A DNA stretch of 64,000 bases, taken from NCBI GenBank assembly GCA_021107635.1, contig JAIOSL010000007.1:36188-100187 (forward strand). Direction: 5' to 3'. The notes under the pieces are model-generated. The model was not told the origin of the DNA. It ran no database searches and saw nothing but the letters and a program-made list of their open reading frames with translations. Numbering within the stretch: position 1 is the first letter of the stretch; each line of letters opens with the position of its first letter. A program made the position numbers and the translations under genes. This document shows, in pieces, positions 1 to 9,242 of the stretch. Origin of the DNA: an archaeon (lineage in GTDB: Archaea; B1Sed10-29; WALL01; JAGHAM01).

Positions 1-1012
1 CTGAAGTTTCTTTGTATGTTCTGCCTTTCCATTCTTCATTAGGTGCATTTACTTCAAATCTAATTGGGTGGTCTCTGAATCGCATGTTTTCTGAGCGCAG
101 GTAGCCGTCTAAGAATTCATTGATTCCGACTCGAACGCTTTTTAGTGAAGAAACTATCCCATAAACTCCATTTTGTCCGTAAAGCACGTGCACGTATTCG
201 CTTAGGTAATCAAGTACTGCCAGGTCGTGTTCGACTAGGATGACTTTCTTTTTTTCTGCGAGTTCACGGATTACTTTTGCTATGTTCATTCTTTGTTTTA
301 CGTCCAAGTAGCTTGAGGGTTCATCAAAAAAGTAAATATCTGCTTTTTTTTGCAGTGTTGCAGCAATAGCCATCCTCTGTAGTTCGCCTCCGCTGACTTC
401 ACTTACTTTGTTTTTTAGTATCCCGTCAAGTTGCAGTGTGGCCAGGTCTACTTCGCGTTCTTTGGTTTGTTCGAGGAATTCTTTGACAGTGCCATCAAAT
501 TTTTTGGGAATCAGGTCTACACTCTGTGGTTTGAAAGCAGCTCTAATTTTGCCTTCTTTTAGGTCTTCTAAGTGTTTTTGAATTTCCTGTCCTCGATAGA
601 GTTCAATGAGTTCGTCCCAAGAAGCGTCTTGTCCTGGGTGTCCTAGGTTAGGTGTGAGTTTGCCTGCGAGTATGTTTAATACTGTGGATTTACCGATGCC
701 GTTAGGTCCGATTATGCCTACCACACCTTTTTTCGGGACTGGAAGGCCGAAAACTCTGAAAGTGTTTTCTCCGTATTTGTGTACTGGTTGTCCAAGTTCT
801 TCTGGTAAATTGACTATTGCTATTGCATTAAACGGACATTTTTTGATGCAAATGCCGCAACCAGAGCATAAGGGCTCTGCTATCAAAAGCTTGCCTTCTT
901 CGTCTTGGGTTATGGTTTCTTCTCCCATTCTCACGCCAGGACAGTATTTGATGCATTCTTGAGAGCATCGTTTTGGTTGGCATTTGTCTCTGTCAATCAC
1001 AGCTATTCTCAT
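1..1012 (-). CDS. abce1: ABCE1 / RNase L inhibitor-type ribosome-recycling ATPase. N-terminal part only; C-terminus lies beyond the window start.
   Basis: The reverse-complement translation begins MRIAVIDRDKCQPKRCSQECIKYCPGV...CSGCGICIKKCPFNAI (two 4Fe-4S cluster motifs). It continues with a Walker A P-loop GIIGPNGIGKST and an ABC signature LSGGELQR. The ATG is at 1012-1010. The plus-strand ORF 606..962 is its antisense shadow. Confidence 0.88.
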   Translation of the reverse strand, partial: MRIAVIDRDKCQPKRCSQECIKYCPGVRMGEETITQDEEGKLLIAEPLCSGCGICIKKCPFNAIAIVNLPEELGQPVHKYGENTFRVFGLPVPKKGVVGIIGPNGIGKSTVLNILAGKLTPNLGHPGQDASWDELIELYRGQEIQKHLEDLKEGKIRAAFKPQSVDLIPKKFDGTVKEFLEQTKEREVDLATLQLDGILKNKVSEVSGGELQRMAIAATLQKKADIYFFDEPSSYLDVKQRMNIAKVIRELAEKKKVILVEHDLAVLDYLSEYVHVLYGQNGVYGIVSSLKSVRVGINEFLDGYLRSENMRFRDHPIRFEVNAPNEEWKGRTYKETS

Positions 1013-1066
1013 TTTTTCCGCCTTAGAATTGCGTTATATTTAAATACTCATCGTTTATTAAGACTC

Positions 1067-2968
1067 ATGGTGGTCTCCATGAAGAAAATTTTATTGTTAT
1101 TGTTCTTGTTTTCAGGTGCGTTTGCATTAGTGCCTTCAACGCCAACATCTAATTATTCTTTTTCAGAACTTTCTTTGGATGTTGATAGTACTGGAAGTTT
1201 TACTCTTAAAGGAAGTTTTAATGTTGTTCCTAGTGTGAATGACACGAAAATTTATGTTGTTGGTCCTAATGAAGCGCTTCATGTGTTTTCGTCTTCTCCA
1301 GAATTGTATTTTGATGAGAATGGTTATTTCTTTTTTTCTGGTGAGAGCGGTTCTATTGAAGTAAATGGCAAGTTGGTTTTTGAGCAGAGTACTGTTTTGT
1401 CTTTTATTGCTCCTATAATGTGGTTGGATATTGATACTTCTACTTATTCAGATAATTTCTTTTCTATAACTAACAAGCAAGTAACCATATACAAATATCA
1501 GCATAAACCAGCAGAACAACATATTATTCCAACTTACAACATTTTTCTTGAAGAGTTTGGACGGGCAACGTTTGCTTATTTAATAGATGTTAAGAATCCT
1601 GGTCAAGAAGTTCGCATGAATTTGAATAATGATGAGACTGTTAATTCGGTTCAAGGAGCACGATATAAGATTGTTGGAAAAGAATTAGTTATCTATCCTG
1701 AAAGCAATAACCGAATAAGAGTCTATGGAAGCCTTCCTAGCGTTAACTTTTCTTTCAAACCTGGTTTAGGTGTTCCTGGGTATGTTGTTGTGCAGTATCC
1801 AAGCGGTTTTGAAGTTTTTACTTCAGGTGCATCACATGTTGATGAATCAAAAGTTAATGGAGTTGAGTATCGTTATAACAATAAGGTTTGTTTCGAAAGT
1901 TATCCTTCATCAGTTATTTCTATTACTGCCATAGAATTAGATTCTTTTCCAAGTCTAGTGTTTGCAGTGGATGATGTTGGAAACACTGTGTCCATATCTG
2001 AAAACGGAGTCATAATTCAAAACACTGAGTTTAGGTTCAGTAACACTGGCGTAGAATATACTTCTTTTGATGTAAATGATCTTGAACCCCTATATGCTTC
2101 AATTAATGGTCAGGCAACGTTCTTAACAAAGAAAGATGACAAAATTTATTTAGCAGTCCCAAAAGGTACTTCTCAAAGAGCAGATTTAATAACTTTAGAT
2201 AAAAAGCAAGAATTGTTCCCAGCAACTATGATAGACCTGGAAGTACCGAGAATAGACCATACAATTTCATCTTTCAGCAGTACTGTATACTATCCAAACA
2301 ATTATGAAGTCATGTATTCTTCTCATGGAACTAGGTTTGGTTGGGAAGGGTTCATTTTTGTTATCCTAATCTTTACTGGATTCTTGTATATTGTAGTTCC
2401 AGGAAACGGAAAAGCAAGATTCTTGACTGCCATTCTACTCTCTCTAGGAATACACCTGTTGACTATGGTTTCAGGACTGTTCTTCCTGTTTGCGCTGGTA
2501 GGCTATGCGTATGCATTATACAAGAAATACAAAAACTCAATCAAATTTGAAAAGAACACCCGTAACATAATCATAGCAGCAGTAATCGGATTAATAGTAA
2601 TAGGAGCAGTTTTCGGAACAATAATCCTACTTGCATCAACCTTCTTCACTCGCTACAGCGCGCCAGCACAAATGAATTCATATGCTGAGGGGGGAATAGC
2701 AAGAGCTCCACTAGAAAAAACTATGAGTGCGGGAGATTGGGCTGTTCCAAGCGATGAAATTGGTTTGGTAACAGAAAAAGAGATATTGCCAGTTAAACTG
2801 TCTCTCCCACGATACTCTAACAGCTTACGCATGACTCACTACATGGTAACCAAAGACAAGCCACTCCAAGTCCAAATGTTGTTAGTTCATACTTGGCTGG
2901 TCAAAATAGCATATGCAATCATTGGACTGATTTTGCTAGGATTTGCTTGGAAAAGAGTGCGTTCCTAG
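1067..2968 (+). CDS. Large secreted/surface protein with an N-terminal signal peptide and C-terminal multi-TM anchor. Function unknown.
   Basis: The first ATG codons are at 1067 and 1079 (MVVSMKKILLLLFLFSGAFALVPS). The N-terminal part of the listed ORF (905..) would overlap abce1, so it is rejected. A long beta-rich ectodomain is followed by several hydrophobic helices near the C-terminus. Confidence 0.6.
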   Translation: MVVSMKKILLLLFLFSGAFALVPSTPTSNYSFSELSLDVDSTGSFTLKGSFNVVPSVNDTKIYVVGPNEALHVFSSSPELYFDENGYFFFSGESGSIEVNGKLVFEQSTVLSFIAPIMWLDIDTSTYSDNFFSITNKQVTIYKYQHKPAEQHIIPTYNIFLEEFGRATFAYLIDVKNPGQEVRMNLNNDETVNSVQGARYKIVGKELVIYPESNNRIRVYGSLPSVNFSFKPGLGVPGYVVVQYPSGFEVFTSGASHVDESKVNGVEYRYNNKVCFESYPSSVISITAIELDSFPSLVFAVDDVGNTVSISENGVIIQNTEFRFSNTGVEYTSFDVNDLEPLYASINGQATFLTKKDDKIYLAVPKGTSQRADLITLDKKQELFPATMIDLEVPRIDHTISSFSSTVYYPNNYEVMYSSHGTRFGWEGFIFVILIFTGFLYIVVPGNGKARFLTAILLSLGIHLLTMVSGLFFLFALVGYAYALYKKYKNSIKFEKNTRNIIIAAVIGLIVIGAVFGTIILLASTFFTRYSAPAQMNSYAEGGIARAPLEKTMSAGDWAVPSDEIGLVTEKEILPVKLSLPRYSNSLRMTHYMVTKDKPLQVQMLLVHTWLVKIAYAIIGLILLGFAWKRVRS

Positions 2969-3009
2969 CACTCCTTTTTTTATTATTAGAGTTTAAAATA
3001 GTGTGAACC

Positions 3010-4044
3010 ATGAAAGTACTTAAAAAAGCACTCAAGGAAGGATTGTTAGTAGTAGTGCCATCAAGTGTTGATGACCTTTGGCACTTAGATAAAATCTTGG
3101 AAAAAGGAGATTTAATTAGTGCTAGCACTACCCGCAAATTTGTAAGCGAAAGCGGAAGATCAGAACGAAAAGACGTGCGCGTGGTAATTTCCTTAGAATC
3201 CACTGAATTTGATCCTCATACAGAACGCCTCCACTTGCTAGGCGTGATAAAAGAAGGCCGTCCTGAAAAATACGTTAGCTTAGGCGCGCATCAGTCTGTG
3301 GATGTTAATCCTGGCATAAAAATTGGAGTGCGTAAACATTGGAAAAAGCATCAATTGCATAGAATTCAGGAAGCAGTGAAATCTTCTGGAAAACCAAAAT
3401 TGTATGTTTTGGCTTTGGATGATGAAGAAGCATGTATTGCTTTGTTGCTTGATTCTGGGATTAAGAAGAAAGCATTAATCAAGTCTGGAAGAAGCGGTAA
3501 ACAATATAAAACTAATTCTAAACAAGGAGATTACTTCACTGAGATTTTAGAAGCACTAGAAAGCATGGAAATACATAAAATTGTTGTTGTAGGGCCTGGT
3601 TTTGTCAAAGATGAGTTCAAAGAATTTTCCGTGGAACACAATAAAGCGTTAGCGAAGAAAATGAGTGTTGAAGGAGCTGGTTCCGGAGGAGAATCAGGAG
3701 TCCGAGATGCTCTCAAGCTTGGAGTAATCGAGCGCATTGCAGCAGATTCAAAGCTTTCCCAGGAAACGCTTCTAGTTGAAGATGTGCTCACGGAGATTGC
3801 TCGGAATGGTCTTGCTGCGTATGGTTTGAAAGAGGTTGAGCAGGCATTGGATTGCAATGCAGTGGACAAACTTTTGCTTTCAGACACTATTTTTCAGAAA
3901 GCCCGGAATAAAGCAGAAGTTTTAATGGATAAAGCAGAAAAAGCGCGTGCAGAAACTCATATTGTTAATTCAGAAGAGGAGCCTGGGAAGAAATTAGATG
4001 CTTTAGGTGGAGTGGCTGCGTTGCTCAGATTTAAGGTTTGTTAA
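3010..4044 (+). CDS. pelA: Pelota / aPelota (Dom34 homolog), a ribosome rescue factor.
   Basis: 344 aa with an eRF1-like three-domain pattern. Very typical N-terminus MKVLKKALKEGLLVVVPSSVDDLWHLDKIL. It lies near the ABCE1 gene. Confidence 0.88.
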   Translation: MKVLKKALKEGLLVVVPSSVDDLWHLDKILEKGDLISASTTRKFVSESGRSERKDVRVVISLESTEFDPHTERLHLLGVIKEGRPEKYVSLGAHQSVDVNPGIKIGVRKHWKKHQLHRIQEAVKSSGKPKLYVLALDDEEACIALLLDSGIKKKALIKSGRSGKQYKTNSKQGDYFTEILEALESMEIHKIVVVGPGFVKDEFKEFSVEHNKALAKKMSVEGAGSGGESGVRDALKLGVIERIAADSKLSQETLLVEDVLTEIARNGLAAYGLKEVEQALDCNAVDKLLLSDTIFQKARNKAEVLMDKAEKARAETHIVNSEEEPGKKLDALGGVAALLRFKVC

Positions 4045-4718
4045 CCAAAGAAGCCTGGTTTTTTTGGTTTTCTTCTTAACGTTTCTTGCTTTTCTTTCAT
4101 CTTAAAGTTCTTAAAATTATGTTTTGGCTGTGTTTTGTTCCTGTTATGTGTCCCTATTTTTTTGATAATGAAAATTACTATCAAAACAAAGGTTGAGAAA
4201 AGTATCAGAAACATCATGATTGGCATAAAAACAAATATGAGCATGAGGATTAGTGCAAAACTATTCATGTCTACTGGTTCTTCTTCTTTAACTTCTATTT
4301 CTGACCAGTCTAGATAACAGTTATCTGTTTCAAGTTTAACGTAACGGTATTTTTTTGAGACATATTCACTATCAGTGCATTTTTCATTGTCTTCGCATTC
4401 TTTTGTTGTTCCTTCTCTCTCCCAATTTTGAGTATCGTTCGAAACGTAGATATCAAGCCGGTCTTCGCAAGTTCTTCCCCGGTTGTTTCCTAGCTTGAAT
4501 TGAATTTTTATTCTTGTTTGATTGTCTGTTATCTCTCCTAAATCATGAATGTGTGCTTTCTGATCACAACAGCAACAGTCTTGTTTTTGGCAGCTTGGTT
4601 GACTTCTTCCTGGTATAGAATAACCGATTCCATTATCACATTCTTCTTTTATCGGCTCGGCTTGAGAAAAACTTAGTAAAAAGAGGGTAAGCATTATCAG
4701 CAGTAATGTCTTCTTCAT
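4041..4718 (-). CDS. Cysteine-rich secreted protein with an N-terminal signal peptide and C-terminal TM anchor. Hypothetical.
   Basis: 225 aa. Signal peptide MKKTLLLIMLTLFLLSFSQA, then many Cys including CCCC, then a hydrophobic helix and a basic tail. Confidence 0.55.
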   Translation of the reverse strand: MKKTLLLIMLTLFLLSFSQAEPIKEECDNGIGYSIPGRSQPSCQKQDCCCCDQKAHIHDLGEITDNQTRIKIQFKLGNNRGRTCEDRLDIYVSNDTQNWEREGTTKECEDNEKCTDSEYVSKKYRYVKLETDNCYLDWSEIEVKEEEPVDMNSFALILMLIFVFMPIMMFLILFSTFVLIVIFIIKKIGTHNRNKTQPKHNFKNFKMKEKQETLRRKPKKPGFFG

Positions 4719-4762
4719 AGGATATACTATTGAATTGTTTTTATTAATTGTTTTCTTTTTTT

Positions 4763-5377
4763 TTACTCATGAATTCTGACTTTGTTACCTTCTAGTTTTA
4801 TTCTGCCATCTTTGAACCAGTTGATTGCCCTGAGTATAATCTCCTGTTCGGCAAGCTGGACTTTAGCTTTGAGCGTGTCTATTGTATCTTTTTCTCCTAT
4901 CTCAACTGCTTTCTGTGCTATAATCGGACCTGAATCTACTTCTTCAGTAACAAAATGCAGGGTGCATCCAGTGATTTTTACTCCAGCGTCCATTACTGTT
5001 TGATGCACATCTTTGTCCATGCCTCCTCCAAAAGCCGGCAAGATGCTGGGATGAATGTTCATTGCTTTACCATACCATTTATTTACGAACCAACCACTCA
5101 TAATTTTCATGTATCCTACTAACAGGAGTAGCTCAACGCCTTGTTTTTCTAGTTCTACGTTGATTTCTTGGTCATACTGTTCTTTTTCTTTGCCTGTAGG
5201 ATCAATGAATAGCGTGTTTAAACCAAATTGTTTTGCGCGTTGCAGGATGTATGCGTTTGGTTTGTCACTTATTACTGCTACTATTTGCGCGTTGATTTTT
5301 CCAGAGTTGATGGCATCTATTATTGCTTGCATGTCTGTGCCATTTGTTGAACCGAGAACACCTATTTTTAAAGTCAT
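4763..5377 (-). CDS. purN: Phosphoribosylglycinamide formyltransferase (PurN, folate-dependent).
   Basis: 204 aa. N-terminus KIGVLGSTNGTDMQAIIDAINSGKINAQIVAVISD. Also has the HPSLLP-like motif (NIHPSILPAFGG). Confidence 0.88.
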   Translation of the reverse strand: MTLKIGVLGSTNGTDMQAIIDAINSGKINAQIVAVISDKPNAYILQRAKQFGLNTLFIDPTGKEKEQYDQEINVELEKQGVELLLLVGYMKIMSGWFVNKWYGKAMNIHPSILPAFGGGMDKDVHQTVMDAGVKITGCTLHFVTEEVDSGPIIAQKAVEIGEKDTIDTLKAKVQLAEQEIILRAINWFKDGRIKLEGNKVRIHE

Positions 5378-5383
5378 TTTTTA

Positions 5384-6211
5384 TCACCTGTTTCGTTTTG
5401 CGCATTTGACTGTGTTTTTCATGAGCATTGCTACGGTCATTGGTCCTACTCCTCCTGGTACCGGAGTGATAGCAGAAGCTTTATCTTTTATTGCTTCAAA
5501 ATCTGCGTCGCCAACAATTTTATCATCAACTTTTGTCGTGCCTACGTCCACTAGCACTACATTATTTTTCACCATGTCTTCTTTTATGAGTCCTGGTTTG
5601 CCTACTGCTACGATGACTATGTCTGCGTGCTTGGTGTGTTTAGTCAAGTCTCGTGTTTCGATATGACAGAGCGTGACTGTCGACCATTCTTTCAGCAAGA
5701 GCAGTGCGAGAGGTTTGCCTACTACAATGCTATGACCTACCACTGTGACATCCTTGCCTTTCAAATTTATTTCATAGTGTTTGAGTAGTTCGATTATACC
5801 TGCGGGAGTGCATGGAGCTATACTGTTTTTTTCTGTGACGAGCCTGCCCATGTTTACTGGATGGAAACCTTCAACATCTTTTGAGGGATATATGAATTCC
5901 ACTAATTCTTCTGCATTTAATTGAGGTGGAAGTGGTAGTTGTAATAGGATTGCATGCACGCTAGGGTTGTTATTCAATTCTTCTATTGCTTGTATTACTT
6001 GAATTTTAGTGGTTTGAGTAGGCAAGTTTTTGGTAATGGATTTAATTCCTACTTGTTCGCATGCTTTGTCTTTATTTTTGACGTAAATTTTTGATGCGGG
6101 GTCATCACCAACTAAAAGGGTGGCAAGGCATGGAGTGAAGTCTAGAGAATTTATTTCTTTTTTTACGTCTTCTTTGATTTTTTTTGATAGTTCTCTGCCA
6201 TCAAGTATCAT
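5384..6211 (-). CDS. folD: Bifunctional 5,10-methylene-THF dehydrogenase/cyclohydrolase (FolD).
   Basis: 275 aa. MILDGRELSKKIKEDVKKEI...ATLLVGDDPASKIYV...VVGHSIVVGKPLA...PVPGGVGPMT. The stop is 4 nt inside the start of glyA (overlap). Confidence 0.88.
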   Translation of the reverse strand: MILDGRELSKKIKEDVKKEINSLDFTPCLATLLVGDDPASKIYVKNKDKACEQVGIKSITKNLPTQTTKIQVIQAIEELNNNPSVHAILLQLPLPPQLNAEELVEFIYPSKDVEGFHPVNMGRLVTEKNSIAPCTPAGIIELLKHYEINLKGKDVTVVGHSIVVGKPLALLLLKEWSTVTLCHIETRDLTKHTKHADIVIVAVGKPGLIKEDMVKNNVVLVDVGTTKVDDKIVGDADFEAIKDKASAITPVPGGVGPMTVAMLMKNTVKCAKRNR

Positions 6212-7479
6212 TCAAAGCCTCCTAGTTCCGCATACAAAGGAAATTCAGCACAAAGATCTTTCACTTCATCATGTATTCTTGCTTTAATCAAAGCATTATC
6301 ATGGTTATCCAATGCGTTCACAATGAATTCTGCAATTTTTTCCATTTCATGTTCTTTCATGCCTCGCGTTGTAAGCGCTGGAGTACCTAATCGGATTCCA
6401 CTAGGATCAAACGGTTTGCGCTTGTCGAAAGGAATGGTATTCTTGTTCACTGTTATTCCAACTTCATCTAAAACACTCTCTGCTTCTCCACCGGTCAGGC
6501 CTTTTGGCGTGACATCAGCTAGTATCAAATGATTGTCTGTTCCATCAGTGCTTAGCGTTAAGCCTTGTTCCATCAAACGGTCTGCTAATACTTTCGCGTT
6601 TTTGACAGTCTGTTTTCCGTAATCTTTAAAGCTTTGGTCAAGAGCTTCTTTGAAACATACTGCTTTTGCAGCGATGGCGTTCATGTGTGGTCCGCCTTGA
6701 AGCATTGGAAATATTGCACGGTCAATTGCTTGAGCGTGTTCTTTCTTGGAAAGAATTAATCCTCCTCGGGGTCCTCGTAGTGTTTTGTGTGTGGTTGAAG
6801 TAATCACATCTGCTTGTTTTGAAGGGCTTTGATGTACTCCTGCGATTATTAATCCAGAAATGTGCGCAATATCTGCTAGAAGATATGCTCCTACGCTTTC
6901 AGCAATTTCTCCGAATGCTTTGAAGTCGTATTCTCTTGGATATGCTGTTGCTCCTGCAACAATAATCTTAGGTTTTTCTTTTTTTGCAATGTTTTCAACT
7001 TCACTGTAGTCTATCAAATGTGTTTTTTCATTAACTCCATAATGCACTGCCGTATATCTTTGAGCAGAAAAGTTAATTCCATGTCCGTGAGTCAAATGCC
7101 CTCCATGAGAAAGAGTCATTCCCATGAGCTTGTCTCCTGGCTTAAGTAAAGCAGCGTATGCTGCCATGTTTGCTGGACTTCCAGAGTACGGTTGGACGTT
7201 AGCATGATCTACATCAAACAGTTTTTTTGCACGTTCAGTGGCTAGTGTTTCGACAAGATCTGTGAATTCTTGGCCTCCATAATAACGTTTGCCAGGATAT
7301 CCTTCTGAATATTTGCTGTTGAAAATGCTTCCCATTGCCTCAAGTACTGCCACACTGCAGTAATTTTCTGAGGGAATCATCTCAAGCCCAAATCGCTGCC
7401 GTTCCAGTTCGCTGGAAATAGCATTGGCTACATATTTGTCTTTTTTCATAAGTGCAGAATAATCCATGAAATTTTCCAC
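6208..7479 (-). CDS. glyA: Serine hydroxymethyltransferase.
   Basis: 423 aa. LIPSENYCSVAVLEAMGSIFNSKYSEGYPGKRYYGG...TTHKTLRGPRGG (PLP-lysine region). Confidence 0.9.
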   Translation of the reverse strand: MENFMDYSALMKKDKYVANAISSELERQRFGLEMIPSENYCSVAVLEAMGSIFNSKYSEGYPGKRYYGGQEFTDLVETLATERAKKLFDVDHANVQPYSGSPANMAAYAALLKPGDKLMGMTLSHGGHLTHGHGINFSAQRYTAVHYGVNEKTHLIDYSEVENIAKKEKPKIIVAGATAYPREYDFKAFGEIAESVGAYLLADIAHISGLIIAGVHQSPSKQADVITSTTHKTLRGPRGGLILSKKEHAQAIDRAIFPMLQGGPHMNAIAAKAVCFKEALDQSFKDYGKQTVKNAKVLADRLMEQGLTLSTDGTDNHLILADVTPKGLTGGEAESVLDEVGITVNKNTIPFDKRKPFDPSGIRLGTPALTTRGMKEHEMEKIAEFIVNALDNHDNALIKARIHDEVKDLCAEFPLYAELGGFE

Positions 7480-7585
7480 AATACTATTTTGGCACAGGGG
7501 TTTAAATCCATTTCTGAAAGATTAAAACAGGAGTGTCCGCCCAAAAAAATTTCTAAGTAACAATACTCTCCTTTGGGGTGTCTTA

Positions 7586-7825
7586 ATGCAAAAAGATGTA
7601 ATAGACAAATTAACTGCTTTGATGACCGCTGCTTTCGGTTTGGTTGCTGCTTTGGCATGGAATGACGCGATAAAATCATTGTTTGCTCCAGCAACTGATA
7701 CACAACCAGCTGGAGTATTATATTTCATGGCTTCTTATGGGCCATGGGCTTATGCAGTATTAGTCACCATACTAGCAGTAGTAATGATAATTTGGATAGG
7801 TCGAATCGCTGGAAAAACAGAATAA
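7586..7825 (+). CDS. Small conserved two-TM membrane protein. Function unknown.
   Basis: 79 aa with two hydrophobic helices. It heads the purF-purD transcription unit, divergent from glyA. Confidence 0.5.
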   Translation: MQKDVIDKLTALMTAAFGLVAALAWNDAIKSLFAPATDTQPAGVLYFMASYGPWAYAVLVTILAVVMIIWIGRIAGKTE

Positions 7826-7883
7826 GCAATAGAAATCTTTTATACTACCCTTGTTAAATATTTTATCGAGGGGGGATTTGATC

Positions 7884-9239
7884 ATGTGTGGTATAGTTGG
7901 AGTGAGTGATGGCGATTCAACTCAAGTTTACGCCGGATTATATGCTTTACAACATAGAGGACAAGATTCAGCAGGAATACTATCCTATAACGGAAATTTT
8001 CATTTAAAGAAAAATAAAGGACACGTTTGGGAATCTTTCACTAAAGATTCTTTGAAAGAACTTTCAGGCAGAAAAAGCATTGGCCAAGTTAGATACCCAA
8101 CGATAGGTACAGACTTTGAGCGGGATGCACAACCTTTTTTCATTGAATCACCCGAAAAAATGGGCATTGTCCACAACGGCAATCTGGCAAACTATTCAGA
8201 ATTACGAAAAGAATATACTCTTTCTTCTTGGTGTGATGTTGAAGTATTACTGCATATGCTTTCTAAACACTTGAAAATTACTAAAGATCCTTTTATTTCA
8301 GTGGAAGAAACTATGAAAGAAGCTAATGGAGCATATTCAGCTTTAACACTGCTTAAAGACGGGAGCATGATAGTCTTTAGAGATCCTAATGCACTAAGAC
8401 CTTTAGTTCATGGGGAAGGTATGTATGCTTCAGAAAGTATTGCCTTAGATATTATAGGGAAAAAACTTGAAGGAGATATTAAAGGAGGAGAATGTGTTCT
8501 CATTAATGACAATCACGTAGAACGAAAACAATTGATCAAAGAGCAGCCTAGATACTGCATGTTTGAATTTGTATACTTTTCCAGACCCGATTCAGTTTTA
8601 CAAGGCAAGAGCATTTATGAGGTAAGACTTGAACTTGGAAAAGAACTCGCAAAAAAATTCGATAAGACTGCGGACGTGGTAATTCCAGTTCCAGATACTT
8701 CTAGAGCAGCAGCATTCGGCTTTTCAATCGAATCAGGAATTCCTTACAGAGAAGGCATAATCAAAAACCGTTACGTTGGAAGAACGTTTATCATGCCAGA
8801 CCAATCAACTCGAGAAAATGCAGTCAAATTTAAACTTAATACCATTAAATCTGAAATAAATGGCAAGCGAGTTGTGCTAGTTGATGATTCTGTTGTCAGA
8901 GGCACTACCTGCAAAAATCTGGTCAACTTAATCAGAAATGCAGGCGCAAAAGAAGTACACTTTGCAATTTCTTGTCCTCCAATTCGTTGGCCTTGTTTTT
9001 ATGGTATTGACATGACTCAAAAATCCGAGTTATTCGCAGCAAACGTAAAAGATGCAGAAAAAACATTAGCAGAGAAGATTGGGGCAGATTCAGTCATATA
9101 TCAATCCATTGATGGCCTAAAAAATGCGATAGGACTAAAAACATTATGTACTGCCTGTTTAAACGGAGACTATCCAACTGATGTTTCTACGCTGCTCGCG
9201 CGGCAAGGAAACGGAAAAAGACCTTATGAAGGCGAATGA
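7884..9239 (+). CDS. purF: Amidophosphoribosyltransferase (PurF).
   Basis: Starts MCGIVGV (Cys is the catalytic N-terminal nucleophile after Met removal) at the ATG at 7884. Has the PRTase motif VVLVDDSVVRGTT and a C-terminal Cys cluster. Confidence 0.9.
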   Translation: MCGIVGVSDGDSTQVYAGLYALQHRGQDSAGILSYNGNFHLKKNKGHVWESFTKDSLKELSGRKSIGQVRYPTIGTDFERDAQPFFIESPEKMGIVHNGNLANYSELRKEYTLSSWCDVEVLLHMLSKHLKITKDPFISVEETMKEANGAYSALTLLKDGSMIVFRDPNALRPLVHGEGMYASESIALDIIGKKLEGDIKGGECVLINDNHVERKQLIKEQPRYCMFEFVYFSRPDSVLQGKSIYEVRLELGKELAKKFDKTADVVIPVPDTSRAAAFGFSIESGIPYREGIIKNRYVGRTFIMPDQSTRENAVKFKLNTIKSEINGKRVVLVDDSVVRGTTCKNLVNLIRNAGAKEVHFAISCPPIRWPCFYGIDMTQKSELFAANVKDAEKTLAEKIGADSVIYQSIDGLKNAIGLKTLCTACLNGDYPTDVSTLLARQGNGKRPYEGE

Positions 9240-9242
9240 AAG

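Noticed and set aside
606-962. 118-aa plus-strand ORF.
   Set aside because: It lies entirely antisense to the ABCE1 gene, whose reverse-complement translation gives clear Fe-S and ABC motifs. It is a shadow ORF.
905-1066. N-terminal extension of the surface-protein ORF (MGYGFFSHSH...).
   Set aside because: It would overlap the abce1 coding region on the opposite strand and uses a non-ATG start. The signal-peptide-bearing ATG at 1067/1079 is the plausible start.
2919-3203. 94-aa minus-strand ORF.
   Set aside because: It overlaps the Pelota N-terminus and the T-rich terminator region, with no support.
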